From: an uncultured delta proteobacterium
GTDB lineage: Bacteria; Desulfobacterota; BSN033; UBA1163
Length of the DNA: 64,000 nucleotides
NCBI GenBank assembly: GCA_963827685.1
Contig: CAWHBU010000004.1
Span: 352,001 to 416,000 of the forward strand
Direction of reading: 5' to 3'
Shown: positions 52,429 to 63,115 of the stretch, in pieces
How positions within the stretch are numbered: the first letter of the stretch is position 1
How the letters are laid out: the number at the start of each line of letters is the position of its first letter
Notes under the pieces: generated by a model
What the model was told of the DNA's origin: nothing
What the model saw: the letters and a program-made list of their open reading frames with translations, nothing else
Database searches by the model: none
Program-made: the position numbers and the translations under genes

Positions 52429-53283
52429 TTGAAATCATTCAATCGGAGAAAGGAAGTCCTAAACAAACTTCATCTCGCGTGGAAAGCATTAAAGAAGTTT
52501 GATGATGACCGCGGTTTTTTTCTATCCTCGGGGATCACCTTTAACCTCCTAATCTGTTTAGTCCCCCTCATGTTACTGTTTTTGTCTTTAGCCGGTATCT
52601 ACCTTCACGGTGACCGAGAAGCGATGAATCATATTCGTAGTTATTTTGAAAATGCAGTTCCTGCGTTAGATCCGAGGATAATGAAGAACATCCTTAGGAT
52701 CATACGGGACCGGAAAATTGTTGGGCTACTTGGCATCGGAGGGTTAATCTGGACCTCTACATGGGTTTTCAGTTCTTTGAGAAGTGCTCTTAATATTGTC
52801 TTCCAGGTGGAGAGGGGACGCGGAATCCTTCGAGGAAAAGCAATCGATCTTTTAATGATAATTTTGGTAATGGTCTTGTTACTGATGAGCATGGGTCTCA
52901 CTTCAGTCATTGCCTTCATCCAACAGTACGGTTTCAGTTTTTTTGTTGATTTGAGGCCGATCACTCGTTTTATCATTAAATATCTGATTCCATTCTTCTT
53001 CACTTATTGGATGTTCTTCTTGATATACGAAATCATACCGAATAAAAAAGTTCTCATTAAACCTGCTCTTCAGGCAGCTCTCTTCACTAGTTTATTCTGG
53101 GAGGTAGCAAAACAGTTGTTCGGTTGGTATGTTCTGCATCTCGGAAGATTTTCTATGGTCTATGGTTCTTTAAGCACGCTTGCCATATTTTTCTTATGGA
53201 TTTACTACTCATCGGCCATCCTCCTCATAGGAGGAGAGGTTGCCTATTCATTGGAGCAAAGCAAAAATAGAATCAATATTTGA
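52429..53283 (+). CDS. YihY/BrkB family inner membrane protein, copy 2
   Basis: Paralog of 45861-46718. Confidence 0.92.
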   Translation: MKSFNRRKEVLNKLHLAWKALKKFDDDRGFFLSSGITFNLLICLVPLMLLFLSLAGIYLHGDREAMNHIRSYFENAVPALDPRIMKNILRIIRDRKIVGLLGIGGLIWTSTWVFSSLRSALNIVFQVERGRGILRGKAIDLLMIILVMVLLLMSMGLTSVIAFIQQYGFSFFVDLRPITRFIIKYLIPFFFTYWMFFLIYEIIPNKKVLIKPALQAALFTSLFWEVAKQLFGWYVLHLGRFSMVYGSLSTLAIFFLWIYYSSAILLIGGEVAYSLEQSKNRINI

Positions 53284-53635
53284 AAAACACCTATGAAGAT
53301 TAGGGCACGGAAACTGTGCGGCGCTGCATTCTTACCACCTCCACGCAAATCCTTTACCGCATGAAAGCGGGTTTCTTGGTTTCCTGATCTAATTGTCTGC
53401 AGACCAGATCGGCTCAAAATACGGTGTTTCCACCTATGAAATACAGTATTGAGCTTATTCCTTTCCCCACCATAATTTTTGAAAATATTAGAAGATCTCT
53501 GTATTTGGAGTTCCCAAGGTTTTCTATGAAGCCTTTCGCCTCATGATGCATCTTTTTGTTTTTTAATGGAGAGAAAATGATTGACGCTGGTCGACCAACC
53601 GAGTTCTAAATCAAGATTCCATAGAGGTAATTCTT

Positions 53636-54499
53636 TTGGAGAGCACGATAACAATACTTGACAGGTTCCTGCGGGGCGAATTCGTAAATCCTGCAACGCT
53701 TCTTGGAGCCCTTTTCTATGGCCTCGTATTCCTCGCCCTAGCGGGACTGGCCGCACGAGCCTTACGTCTGGCGGTAACTAACCTTCTCAAACGAGATGAG
53801 CGCCACATCCTAGACCGGACAGTTGTCTCTTTTTTGATGCAACTGGTCCAGATTGGCATCTTCCTGGTAGCTCTTATTTCTTACGCCCACCTAATTCCTG
53901 CATTGCACCACCTGGGGACTGCCCTTCTGGCTGGCGCTGGCATTGTTTCCGTTGTCATTGGGCTGGCTGCTCAGAATACGCTGGGCAATGTGATCGCTGG
54001 AATTTCTCTGTTGCTTTATAGGCCCTTTGAAGTGGGTGATCAGGTTCAGGTCAGCGCGCCTACTGGGCTGGAAGTTGGGGTGGTAGAGAGTCTCACCCTT
54101 GGCTACACCGTGCTTAAGACCTATGACAACCGTCGGGTCGTAGTGCCGAACAGCGCCATGGCTAGCCAGGTCACCATCAATCTAACCACCAAAGACCCTC
54201 GGATTATGGCGGTTGTCCCGATCGGTATTGGTTATAACGCTGACATCAATAAGGCCCGACAAATTCTCGTCGAGCTTGCCAAAACCCATCCTAGGATAGA
54301 GGAGGTGGTAGATTGCCCTGTTACTCAGTTAGGCAACTCTAATGTCGTGTTAAGTTTGCGGGTTTGGTGTGAAGATTCCGTGACGGCTCTGCAAGTGCAA
54401 TACGACGTCTATGAACAGGCAAAGGAGCACTTCGATAGGGAGGGAATCGAAATTCCGTTCCCTTATACCAATGTCGTGCTGAAAAAAGAGCAAAGGTAA
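53636..54499 (+). CDS. MscS family mechanosensitive channel
   Basis: GLAAQNTLGNVIAG, RPFEVGD, VPNS, GIEIPFP. Confidence 0.93.
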   Translation: MESTITILDRFLRGEFVNPATLLGALFYGLVFLALAGLAARALRLAVTNLLKRDERHILDRTVVSFLMQLVQIGIFLVALISYAHLIPALHHLGTALLAGAGIVSVVIGLAAQNTLGNVIAGISLLLYRPFEVGDQVQVSAPTGLEVGVVESLTLGYTVLKTYDNRRVVVPNSAMASQVTINLTTKDPRIMAVVPIGIGYNADINKARQILVELAKTHPRIEEVVDCPVTQLGNSNVVLSLRVWCEDSVTALQVQYDVYEQAKEHFDREGIEIPFPYTNVVLKKEQR

Positions 54500-54567
54500 A
54501 AAAGGAAATTCTTCAAGGGAGAAGGGAGGGAGACAAAGAGAAAGCCCTTCGTCTCTTTTGTTTTTTC

Positions 54568-55308
54568 TTGCTGGTGATCCCGGCGGGGGTAGCGGCAAGA
54601 CTGGGTGCTGTGGCGTTCCGCGGGCTAATTGCATTATTCCACATTCTGTTGTTCTTAGGAAAGTTGTCGGTGGTTTACGACGCTAATCTCCATACCGCCG
54701 TCAGTCCGTGGGGTTTGTTCATCATTTCTGTGCCTGTAGTGGGTGCCGCCGGCGTCACCTTCCTCGTCCGGAATTTTGCACCGGAAGCGAAGGCCCATGG
54801 AGTTCCGGAGGTGACGGATGCGGTTTATTATCACAAAGGCATTATTCGGCCTGTTGTTGCAGTGATTAAATCGCTAGCCTCTGCCCTTTCCCTTGGAAGC
54901 GGAGGGTCGGTTGGCCGCGAGGGGCCCATCGTCCAAATTGGGTCTTCCTTTGGTTCCACCTTGGGCCAAATTATCAGGACGCCGGTCTGGCAGCGTATTA
55001 CGTTAATCGAGGCTGGTACCGGCGGTGGAATTCCGGCTACCTTTAACACTCCGATCGGTGGGGCGCTGTCAGCGAGCGTCGTAGGGATTGGTTTTGGTTC
55101 CAGCATGTTTCGTGTCAAGGACGCCGATGAGAAGATCATGACTGAGATGCGCCTCCAACTAGTGGAACACAGTGAGCCTTTGAATGAGATTATCAAATGG
55201 CTCCAGAGCAGCCCAGTTGCATACCATTACGATACCGTAGGACACCGGCTGGTACACGGCGGGAGCAGGTTCAGCCGGCCCCATTTGATCACCCCTGATC
55301 TGATATAA
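54568..55308 (+). pseudogene. Chimeric remnant: ClC N-terminal fragment joined to an acetate kinase fragment
   Basis: GREGPIVQIG, TFNTPIGG, then an abrupt switch to ...VGHRLVHGG..F. Confidence 0.75.
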
Positions 55309-55330
55309 ACGCTCAGTAAGGAGGCGATAT

Positions 55331-55984
55331 ATGTCTGTAGTAACAATTCGGGGTTCTTTGGGAAGCGGGGCACCGGAAGTAGGGAGACAAGCCGCCAATA
55401 AACTTCACTTTGACTACGTTGATCGAGAGATTATTGCTGAAGTAGCTGCACGACTTCATCGGCAAGAGCAAGAGGTGATAGCGAAAGAGATGCCGGATAG
55501 TAGTCTCCTAACTCGCATCGCAGAAGCCTTGAGACGTAGTGGCGAGTGCTTTGAGGGTGCGTATTTAGCCACCTGGGAAATACGTCTGGACGATACTCGC
55601 TATTTGGCCGCACTGGAGTCTGTTGTTAAGGGACTGGCTCGAAGCCAGTCGCTGGTGATCCGAGGACGAGGTAGCCAGTTCATCTTGAAAGATTATCCCG
55701 GAGCCCTTCATGTTTTAGTGGTGGCACCGATAGAGGTACGAGTGAAGCGCGTCATGCAGAATCTCGAGCTCGACCAAGAGACGGCTAAGCGGGAGATAGA
55801 ACGTTTTGACAACAGCCGTCACGAGTTTATCAAGAGGTATTTTCACGCTGAGCTGGAAGATCCGGCATACTATGACCTAGTTATCAGCACAGAGCGTCTC
55901 AGTTTGGAGGCCGCTGCCTCAATTGTCGTCAATGCTATCTCTTTCGGAGACCGGAACATAGGCGGACAAGGTGGGACCGGTTAG
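55331..55984 (+). CDS. Cytidylate kinase-like family protein
   Basis: VTIRGSLGSG, VIRGRGSQFIL, YDLVIST. Confidence 0.88.
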   Translation: MSVVTIRGSLGSGAPEVGRQAANKLHFDYVDREIIAEVAARLHRQEQEVIAKEMPDSSLLTRIAEALRRSGECFEGAYLATWEIRLDDTRYLAALESVVKGLARSQSLVIRGRGSQFILKDYPGALHVLVVAPIEVRVKRVMQNLELDQETAKREIERFDNSRHEFIKRYFHAELEDPAYYDLVISTERLSLEAAASIVVNAISFGDRNIGGQGGTG

Positions 55985-56034
55985 GTGAAAATTACCCGTA
56001 TCCATCATGCGCCCAGCGTTGGCTTTATGGATGT

Positions 56035-56115
56035 CCGTTATCCCGGCAAAGGTAAACCCTTCGCGAGAGGGGGAGAGAAAGTTACGGGTCTTTGATGCGA
56101 CGGCGGCCGAATTGT
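56035..56115 (+). ncRNA. c-di-GMP-I (GEMM) riboswitch, possibly degenerate
   Basis: GGTAAACCCTTC-GCGA-GAGGGGG...GAAAG-TTACGGGTCT...GAC; GNRA-capped P2; followed by a hairpin and T7. Confidence 0.65.
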
Positions 56116-56116
56116 A

Positions 56117-56150
56117 GAAGGATGAATTCCTGGCAATCCGTCTTTTTTTC
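56117..56150 (+). terminator. Putative riboswitch expression-platform terminator
   Basis: GGATG...ATCC weak stem, then TCTTTTTTT. Confidence 0.4.
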
Positions 56151-56328
56151 TTGATGGATCCATTCGTGTATTGAGTGAATAGGAGGGCGGAAGAGCCTAA
56201 ACAGCAAAGGCCGGGGTCAGAAATGGTTAATCTTCAGAATAATCTTAAAGTGGACTTCTGTAAGTGTAATTCATAAAAAGAGGGCACCGAATTTTGGTGT
56301 CCTCGGGCATCCGCTGAGGGTGAGCTAA

Positions 56329-57471
56329 ATGAAGAGGAACTTATTTGGGGGTATAAACGAATACCTTAGCAGGCAGTCCAAACCATTCTTCATAGCATCA
56401 GGATTTGTCGCTATCCTCTTCATAGGCGTTGTTGATTACATAACAGGAACAGACCTGAATATCTCGATATTCTATGTATTACCGATTTGTTTCATGGTCT
56501 GGTTTGGAAATATGAAGTGGGGAATTTATTCATCCATCTCGAGTGCCGCGATAGGTCTGACGGCTGATCTTATTTCAGGACAGACTTATTTACATCCTAT
56601 GATTATTTATTGGAACCGTGCCGTACAATTAGGTTTTTTTCTCATCATTGTTTTTATTGCGGGGACGCTTCGTAGATGGCACGGTGAATTGGAACGGCGG
56701 GTGGGGGAGCGGACTGTCGAACTTCAGAAAGCGAACGAGCGACTGGAGCAAAAAATGGAAGAACATCAACAGGCAGTGGAGGCGCTGAGGGAATCGGAGA
56801 AACAACTTCGATACCTTTCTTCCCAGCTTTTGACAGCTCAGGAGACGGAGAGAACGCGAATCTCCAGAGAGCTGCACGATGAATTGGGGCAGGCCCTCAT
56901 CGCCTTAAAGTTCCATCTGGCTTCCGTTCAAAGGAGGCTCAGGAAAGATCAGAAACCTCTTTACGATGAGCATGAACATGCACAAGAGGATATAGAACAG
57001 ATTATTGAAAATGTCCGTCGGCTTTCTCTGGATCTCTCCCCTCATGTTCTTGAAAACCTTGGCCTTTCGGCAGCCCTCCGATGGCTCGTTGACGATTGTG
57101 CCAAAAATCAGAAGATCACGGCATCCATTGATATAACGGACATCAATAATTCCTATTCAGAGAAGAGCCAAATTATTATATACAGGATCTTTCAGGAGGC
57201 TCTTACAAACATACGAAAGCATTCCCATGCTACCCATATGTCTGCCGTCATCAGCAGGAATGACGATACTATTTCTTTTTTGATCGAAGACAATGGGAAA
57301 GGATTTGATGTGAAACAGGTAATGATCAAAAATCCCATTGAAAAGGGTCTGGGTTTGGCGACGATGGAGGAACGCATACGGATGTTGGGCGGAGCCCTGG
57401 ATATCCGGAGTCAAGTGGGAGGAGGCACGAGAATAAGCTTCGCCATTCCGATAAGCAAGGAGGCAATTTGA
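56329..57471 (+). CDS. Membrane sensor histidine kinase (HisKA_3, NarX/UhpB type)
   Basis: Four TMs, ERTRISRELHDELGQ, QEALTNIRKHS, DNGKGF, GLGL. Confidence 0.93.
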   Translation: MKRNLFGGINEYLSRQSKPFFIASGFVAILFIGVVDYITGTDLNISIFYVLPICFMVWFGNMKWGIYSSISSAAIGLTADLISGQTYLHPMIIYWNRAVQLGFFLIIVFIAGTLRRWHGELERRVGERTVELQKANERLEQKMEEHQQAVEALRESEKQLRYLSSQLLTAQETERTRISRELHDELGQALIALKFHLASVQRRLRKDQKPLYDEHEHAQEDIEQIIENVRRLSLDLSPHVLENLGLSAALRWLVDDCAKNQKITASIDITDINNSYSEKSQIIIYRIFQEALTNIRKHSHATHMSAVISRNDDTISFLIEDNGKGFDVKQVMIKNPIEKGLGLATMEERIRMLGGALDIRSQVGGGTRISFAIPISKEAI

Positions 57472-58112
57472 AGAGGCCTCCTTATCGCATTGTATTGGCT
57501 GATGATCACACGATCGTTCGGCACGGCGTGAAGAAGATGATCGAGGAAATGGCCGATCTAACGGTCATTGGAGAAGCGAGTGACGGTCTAGAACTTCTTA
57601 GCCTCTTAAAAATCTTGGATACGGACCTGGTCATTCTTGACATCTCCATGCCCAACCTTCGAGGGATTGAAGCAACCTGCGAGCTTAAGAAGGTATTCCC
57701 TAACGTGAAAGTATTGATCTTGACCATGTATAGAGATGAGGAGTTGCTTCATCATGCAATCTCCTCCGGCGCTGATGGGTATGTACTTAAAGAGGATTCG
57801 GACAAGGAACTTTACATTGCCATAGAAAATGTTCGGCAGGGGAAACTTTACATCTCACCCCGTCTCTCTGGGGGGTTGACAGTAGAAACAAGGCAGGGAA
57901 TTTTTGAGCCCCCATTGGAGCGTCTGACTAAACGCGAAATGGAGGTCTTAAGACTTATTGCTGAATGGAAATCGAGCAAAGAGATTGCTAATCTCCTATT
58001 TATCAGCGTGCGCACCGTACAAAATCACCGCGCCAGGATAATGAGCAAGCTGGACATGAAGAAGACAGCCGACCTGGTAAAATATGCCATTCACCAAGGA
58101 TATATATCTTAA
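57468..58112 (+). CDS. NarL/LuxR family response regulator
   Basis: LADDH, LDISMP, LTKREMEVL...SVRTVQNH. Confidence 0.95.
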   Translation: MKRPPYRIVLADDHTIVRHGVKKMIEEMADLTVIGEASDGLELLSLLKILDTDLVILDISMPNLRGIEATCELKKVFPNVKVLILTMYRDEELLHHAISSGADGYVLKEDSDKELYIAIENVRQGKLYISPRLSGGLTVETRQGIFEPPLERLTKREMEVLRLIAEWKSSKEIANLLFISVRTVQNHRARIMSKLDMKKTADLVKYAIHQGYIS

Positions 58113-58244
58113 CAATCACCTAAATAAACCCAAGCCTTCGCAAGTTCTCAAAAATAAGTACTTTTACTCATTCCAAGGATAGACGATTCTGGTATTCTGA
58201 TACTGGAAGGATATTTCTCATCAACCTTGAAGGAGGATTTTGGC

Positions 58245-58571
58245 ATGAGCAACAAAGAGAAGAAAAGTTTAATGAGCAAAGGCAAAGAAGAGAAAGAAGC
58301 ACCCAAAAAGACCGACAAAAATGTAGAATTCACCTTGCATGCTCCAGAGGCAACAGAGGTCTACCTTACAGGCGAATTTAACCGCTGGAGTACCAAATCC
58401 CTGCCAATGAAGAAAGATAAAGATGGGGTTTGGAGAACACAGGTCAGGCTGCTCCCTGGACGCTACGAGTACAAGCTGTTTGCGGATGACGCATGGATCG
58501 AAAACCTGCCGAATGCTCAGGCTGTTCCCAATCCCTTCGGCACGCAGAACTTCGTCATCACGGTAAAGTGA
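58245..58571 (+). CDS. CBM48/AMPK-type glycogen-binding domain protein
   Basis: VYLTGEFNRW, DGVW, PGRYEYKL, NPFG. Confidence 0.9.
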   Translation: MSNKEKKSLMSKGKEEKEAPKKTDKNVEFTLHAPEATEVYLTGEFNRWSTKSLPMKKDKDGVWRTQVRLLPGRYEYKLFADDAWIENLPNAQAVPNPFGTQNFVITVK

Positions 58572-58638
58572 GAGATTCTATCAATGCCTTTTGAAGCAGG
58601 GACGCAAAGATCCCATTTAAACGCACTTCGGTGGTGGT

Positions 58639-59112
58639 TTGATGAATGTTTACGAAGTCAGAAGTGAATTGCGGAGGATGAACAAGGGGGATCTCTTTAA
58701 ATTGGTGTCGAACCAGAGAATTTTAAGATGCCTGCTCGGCGGCGGAGCCTGCGGGTTCTTTTTGCATTACAAAGGAATCAACTTTTGCATCTCAGAAATA
58801 TTAGGACAGAGCTGCCGTGTGGAGAGGTTAGCTAACTTGGAAGAAGTTTATCAAAACCAAGACGAAATCAGCTGCCCTTTGCCGCTAATGGATAGAATTG
58901 GAATAAGTTCTCTCTTACCCGGAAAGAAGGCGGTCGAATTCAAGGTTTATTGCAGAGACCCTATCAAAAAATCTATGATCTTCCTCGGGAATATCTTGGA
59001 AAGAAGAACCAAAGAGAGAAGGAACAATCTCGCGGATCTGTTAGTTAAAGCAGTCAAAGATTATTCATATTGCATAGAGGGCGCTTCCAGGATATTTCTT
59101 TTAGGGTCATAG
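58639..59112 (+). CDS. Hypothetical protein
   Basis: 157-aa ORF; C-terminal half looks more protein-like, true start uncertain. Confidence 0.4.
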   Translation: MMNVYEVRSELRRMNKGDLFKLVSNQRILRCLLGGGACGFFLHYKGINFCISEILGQSCRVERLANLEEVYQNQDEISCPLPLMDRIGISSLLPGKKAVEFKVYCRDPIKKSMIFLGNILERRTKERRNNLADLLVKAVKDYSYCIEGASRIFLLGS

Positions 59113-59573
59113 TGATTAAAGAGAAGAAACAATAAAAATTCAAGGAGTTATGTGTGTAGGATTTTTCAGAATCGGTATTTTACAGAAGAATAAGATTATC
59201 TTTTCGATAGCTCTTGCAATCCGAGGGGCCCTTTTCTTCCCAATTCTTTTTCTGAGCCGGTAATAAAAACACAGGTTTTTATTAATTAGGTAACTTCTCA
59301 TTTGTCTATCCATTGATTTTCTTTCTAATACTATTATGACTGATTTTGAATTGATAAACAAACTGATTTTTTCACCTCCAAATTTCTTATCCCTAAGATA
59401 ATCACGATGAGAAAATATGGCGAGGAAACAGGACATCAACTCTCAAGGAATCGCGGGAAAATACAGCATTCCGGCACAAAAGATACGGGAATCACCTTAT
59501 TTATTTTTACAATTCTTAGTAAGAAAATAACTTTGTATTAATGTACCTAAATTAAGAGGAAAGGAGAACCATT

Positions 59574-61013
59574 ATGTTTAGGCCCAAACGTTATGTTCCT
59601 TTATTTTTCATTTTTCTTAGCTTTTTTCTGTTGTCAACGATCTCAATCTGCTTCTATTCGACTCCTGCCCAGTCTGCTGAGAAGGGAAAACCTGTTGATT
59701 TGAGCACAGCCATTATCCAGGTGGCAAAACAAAACCTCCCTGCAGTCGTCTACATCGAAGTGACCGAAAGCCAGGAAGTAACCAATCCCTTTTTACCATT
59801 TGAGAACGACCCATTTTTTCGGCGTTTCTTTGGCGTTCCTAAAATACCCAAAAAGTTCAAGCAGGAAATGAAAGGTCTCGGGTCAGGAATGATCATTGAC
59901 CCACAGGGTCACATCCTCACCAATTACCATGTGGCAGGAGGTGCAACGAAGATTGAGGTGGCATTGGCCGATGGCAGTAAATATCCGGCGAAATTGGTGG
60001 GAGGCGATCCGAAAACTGACCTGGCAGTGATACACATTTCGGCGAAGGAACGTCTTCATCATGTCACATTTGGAGATTCGGACAAAGTGGAGGTGGGAGA
60101 GTGGGTGGTCGCCATCGGAGCTCCTCGTGCCTTAGAGAAATCGGTTACACAAGGGATTATCAGCGCAAAACATTGTCGGGGAATCACTGATCCGACGGGC
60201 TATCAGGATTTTCTTCAAACCGATACAGCCATTAATCCGGGCAATAGCGGCGGTCCCCTCTTGAACCTCTACGGTGAAGTGATCGGGGTCAATGCGGCGA
60301 TTGCCACAGAATCAGGCGGTTTTGAAGGAATCGGCTTCACTATTCCCAGCAATATGGCCCAATATATTGCTAAGACCCTGATCGCCCATGGGAAGGTGGA
60401 ACGGGGTTGGCTGGGCGTAACCATTCGGGATCTGACGTCGGAACTGGCTAAGAGTGTTCATGCGGAGAGTGTTAAGGGAGCTTTGGTTGTCGATGTGGCG
60501 AAAGGAGGACCCGCAGAGAAGGCAGGGTTAAGGAAAAATGATGTGGTTATTGCTTACCGAGACAAGGAGATCCAAGATTCCAGCACATTGCGAAATGATG
60601 TAGCGGAGACTGCCATCGGCACGGAGGCGAAAATTACAGTTCTTCGTAATAGCAAAAAAGAGGAACTGACCGTTAGGATTGGAAGTTTGGAGGCTTCCAC
60701 AAAGATTCTTGCTGCCACAGTGAAGGATCGTTTAGGGGTGGAGGTGAGGTCTCCGAATTCGGGAGAGGTCAACAAATACGGTTTAAGCCCCGGTCAAGGG
60801 GTTGTGATCACCTGGGAGGATTCAAGAGGTCCTTTGAAGGAAGCCGGTTTTGAGATAGGAGACATGATCCTCGCCATCAATAACCAGGCCATCGACAGTA
60901 TGGAGAGTTTCGTGGGCTTAGTGAGTTTGCTAAAGCCAAAGGAGAAAATCTCCATGCTCGCTCTCGATCATCGGAGCGGCGACACAGGCACGGTCCAGGT
61001 GGTGGTGAGATAA
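59574..61013 (+). CDS. degP: Do/DegP/HtrA serine protease with two PDZ domains
   Basis: TNYHV, TDLAV, INPGNSGGPL, RGWLGV. Confidence 0.93.
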   Translation: MFRPKRYVPLFFIFLSFFLLSTISICFYSTPAQSAEKGKPVDLSTAIIQVAKQNLPAVVYIEVTESQEVTNPFLPFENDPFFRRFFGVPKIPKKFKQEMKGLGSGMIIDPQGHILTNYHVAGGATKIEVALADGSKYPAKLVGGDPKTDLAVIHISAKERLHHVTFGDSDKVEVGEWVVAIGAPRALEKSVTQGIISAKHCRGITDPTGYQDFLQTDTAINPGNSGGPLLNLYGEVIGVNAAIATESGGFEGIGFTIPSNMAQYIAKTLIAHGKVERGWLGVTIRDLTSELAKSVHAESVKGALVVDVAKGGPAEKAGLRKNDVVIAYRDKEIQDSSTLRNDVAETAIGTEAKITVLRNSKKEELTVRIGSLEASTKILAATVKDRLGVEVRSPNSGEVNKYGLSPGQGVVITWEDSRGPLKEAGFEIGDMILAINNQAIDSMESFVGLVSLLKPKEKISMLALDHRSGDTGTVQVVVR

Positions 61014-61044
61014 ACTTTTCAATGAGGTGATGAGGAATTTTGGA

Positions 61045-62601
61045 ATGAAAAAGAAACATTCGAATGCCTCAAGTATACTGCGTCCCCTTATCGTTATTCT
61101 CTGTCTGACGATCGGCTCGTTTATGACAAAACCGCTTCTTGCTCAGGATAAGCTGACAGATCCATCAAAAACGTCTGTAAATCTGGCAGAAAAAAAAGCG
61201 GCAACACCATGTCCGGAGCCAAAACTGTCGGTTACCGAACACTTCATAAAGATCAACGGCAAAAAACTGAACTATACAGCCACCACAGGTTCGATCCAGT
61301 TGAAAGATGATGCAGGGAAAGTCAGAGCCAGCATGTTTTTCGTTGCTTATACGAAGGATAACGAAGAAGGTAAGTCCATACGTCCGATTACATTTGCCTT
61401 CAATGGAGGGCCAGGGGCATCCTCGATCTTCTTGCATCTCGGTGCCCTTGGCCCAAAACGTGTGGTGCTAACGGAAGATAAAGCTTTACCGCCGCCTTAC
61501 AAATTGGTGCCTAATGAGTACACGTGGCTTGCCTTTACCGACCTTGTATTTATTGATCCTGTGGGTACGGGTTATAGTCGTCCCGCTTCAGGGATCGAAC
61601 CAAAGGAATTTTACGGTGTAAAGGGAGACATCCGGTCGGTTGGAGAGTTTATCCGGATTTATTTGACAAGATATCAGCGATGGCTGTCGCCAAAGTTCAT
61701 TGCAGGAGAGAGTTACGGTACGACCAGGGCCGCGGGCCTTTCGGGCTACCTGCAGAATAAACTCGGTATTAATCTCAATGGAATCCTCCTTATTTCAGAG
61801 GTTCTGAACTTTCAGACAATTATATTCAGCCCCGGCAATGATCTGCCATACGTCTTATATCTACCCCCTTATACTCTTGCGGCCTTGTATCATCGAAAGC
61901 TATCTCCTGCGTTACAAGCGGATTTATCAAAAACCCGGGAAGAAGTTGAACAGTTTGCGCTGAACGAATATACCCTGGCATTGGCTAAAGGGGATGGGCT
62001 TTCTGATGGAGAGAAGAACAGAATTATTGAAAAATTGGTGGATTATACCGGCCTCTCAAAAACCTACATCAAGAATTCCAATTTACGTATTAGCACGGAC
62101 GCTTTTGTCAAGGAATTGCTCCGCAACCAGAACAGTCGAATCGGCTTGCTCGATTCGAGGATTACAGGGAGCTACAAGGTCCATGAATTCGCCGAAGACC
62201 CCAGCGTGTTTGTTGTGACCGGCCCCTTGGTCGCTACCTGGAATGACTACGTCAGAAACGGATTAAAGTATGTAACTGAAACGCCTTATGTAATTTTGTC
62301 CACGAAAGTGAATGAGTTATGGGATTGGGGATCCAGTACGGGAGGGCTTGGATACTTAGATGTAGCAAAAATATTACGACAGGCGATGAGTGAAAATAAA
62401 TTTTTAAAAGTCTTTATTGCGAGTGGTTATTACGACTTAGATACATCCTATTTTGCAACCAAGTACACCGTAAACCATTTAGGCCTTGACTCAAGCTTGC
62501 GGAATAATATCACCCTTACCTATTATGATGCAGGGCATCAAATGTACACCCATTTACCATCACTAAAGAAACTAACGACAGATGTAACCGAATTCTTATA
62601 G
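61045..62601 (+). CDS. S10 family serine carboxypeptidase
   Basis: FNGGPG, DPVGTGYS, GESYG, AGHQMY. Confidence 0.93.
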   Translation: MKKKHSNASSILRPLIVILCLTIGSFMTKPLLAQDKLTDPSKTSVNLAEKKAATPCPEPKLSVTEHFIKINGKKLNYTATTGSIQLKDDAGKVRASMFFVAYTKDNEEGKSIRPITFAFNGGPGASSIFLHLGALGPKRVVLTEDKALPPPYKLVPNEYTWLAFTDLVFIDPVGTGYSRPASGIEPKEFYGVKGDIRSVGEFIRIYLTRYQRWLSPKFIAGESYGTTRAAGLSGYLQNKLGINLNGILLISEVLNFQTIIFSPGNDLPYVLYLPPYTLAALYHRKLSPALQADLSKTREEVEQFALNEYTLALAKGDGLSDGEKNRIIEKLVDYTGLSKTYIKNSNLRISTDAFVKELLRNQNSRIGLLDSRITGSYKVHEFAEDPSVFVVTGPLVATWNDYVRNGLKYVTETPYVILSTKVNELWDWGSSTGGLGYLDVAKILRQAMSENKFLKVFIASGYYDLDTSYFATKYTVNHLGLDSSLRNNITLTYYDAGHQMYTHLPSLKKLTTDVTEFL

Positions 62602-62722
62602 AAAAGCACTCCCTTTCCTTGAACAATAATTATCTTTTTTCTTTCGCGAGGCCTTACAAAATGGAAAAACCCATGAAGATAACGATGTGAGAAGGCCGGA
62701 GTTTTGATGAAGTAGGCATCTG

Positions 62723-63054
62723 ATGATTCAAAAAATGAAGGATCGGATATTTAACTTATTTGGGATCAGGGTAGTCAGCTTTAAGCGACGATTAGAAGAA
62801 AGTGGGCTCATTCTTCAACTCTGTCGCTTACGGGATTTGCCTGTCTTACATTCGCTCATCTCCCCTGAGGTTCTTCACGAAGTGGCGAATATTGAATTTC
62901 AGGCCTTCCGTTCCCTATTCTTTTTTTGGAAATGGGTTATGACAACCTTCCAGGTGATTTATCTCATCAAGGTTGATGAAAATGGTGGGCACAGAATCAT
63001 TGGTTTTGTTGGACTCTATAACATGGAGTTAGGCCGAAGTTTAAGATTATCACT
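62723..63054 (+). pseudogene. GNAT-like gene interrupted by IS3
   Basis: ...HRIIGFVGLYN... ORF runs into the IS left end. Confidence 0.5.
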
Positions 63055-63115
63055 TGACCTTCCCCCGAGTTGATGGACACACCTGAGAATTTGTATCATT
63101 GGACAGGAGGTGCGT

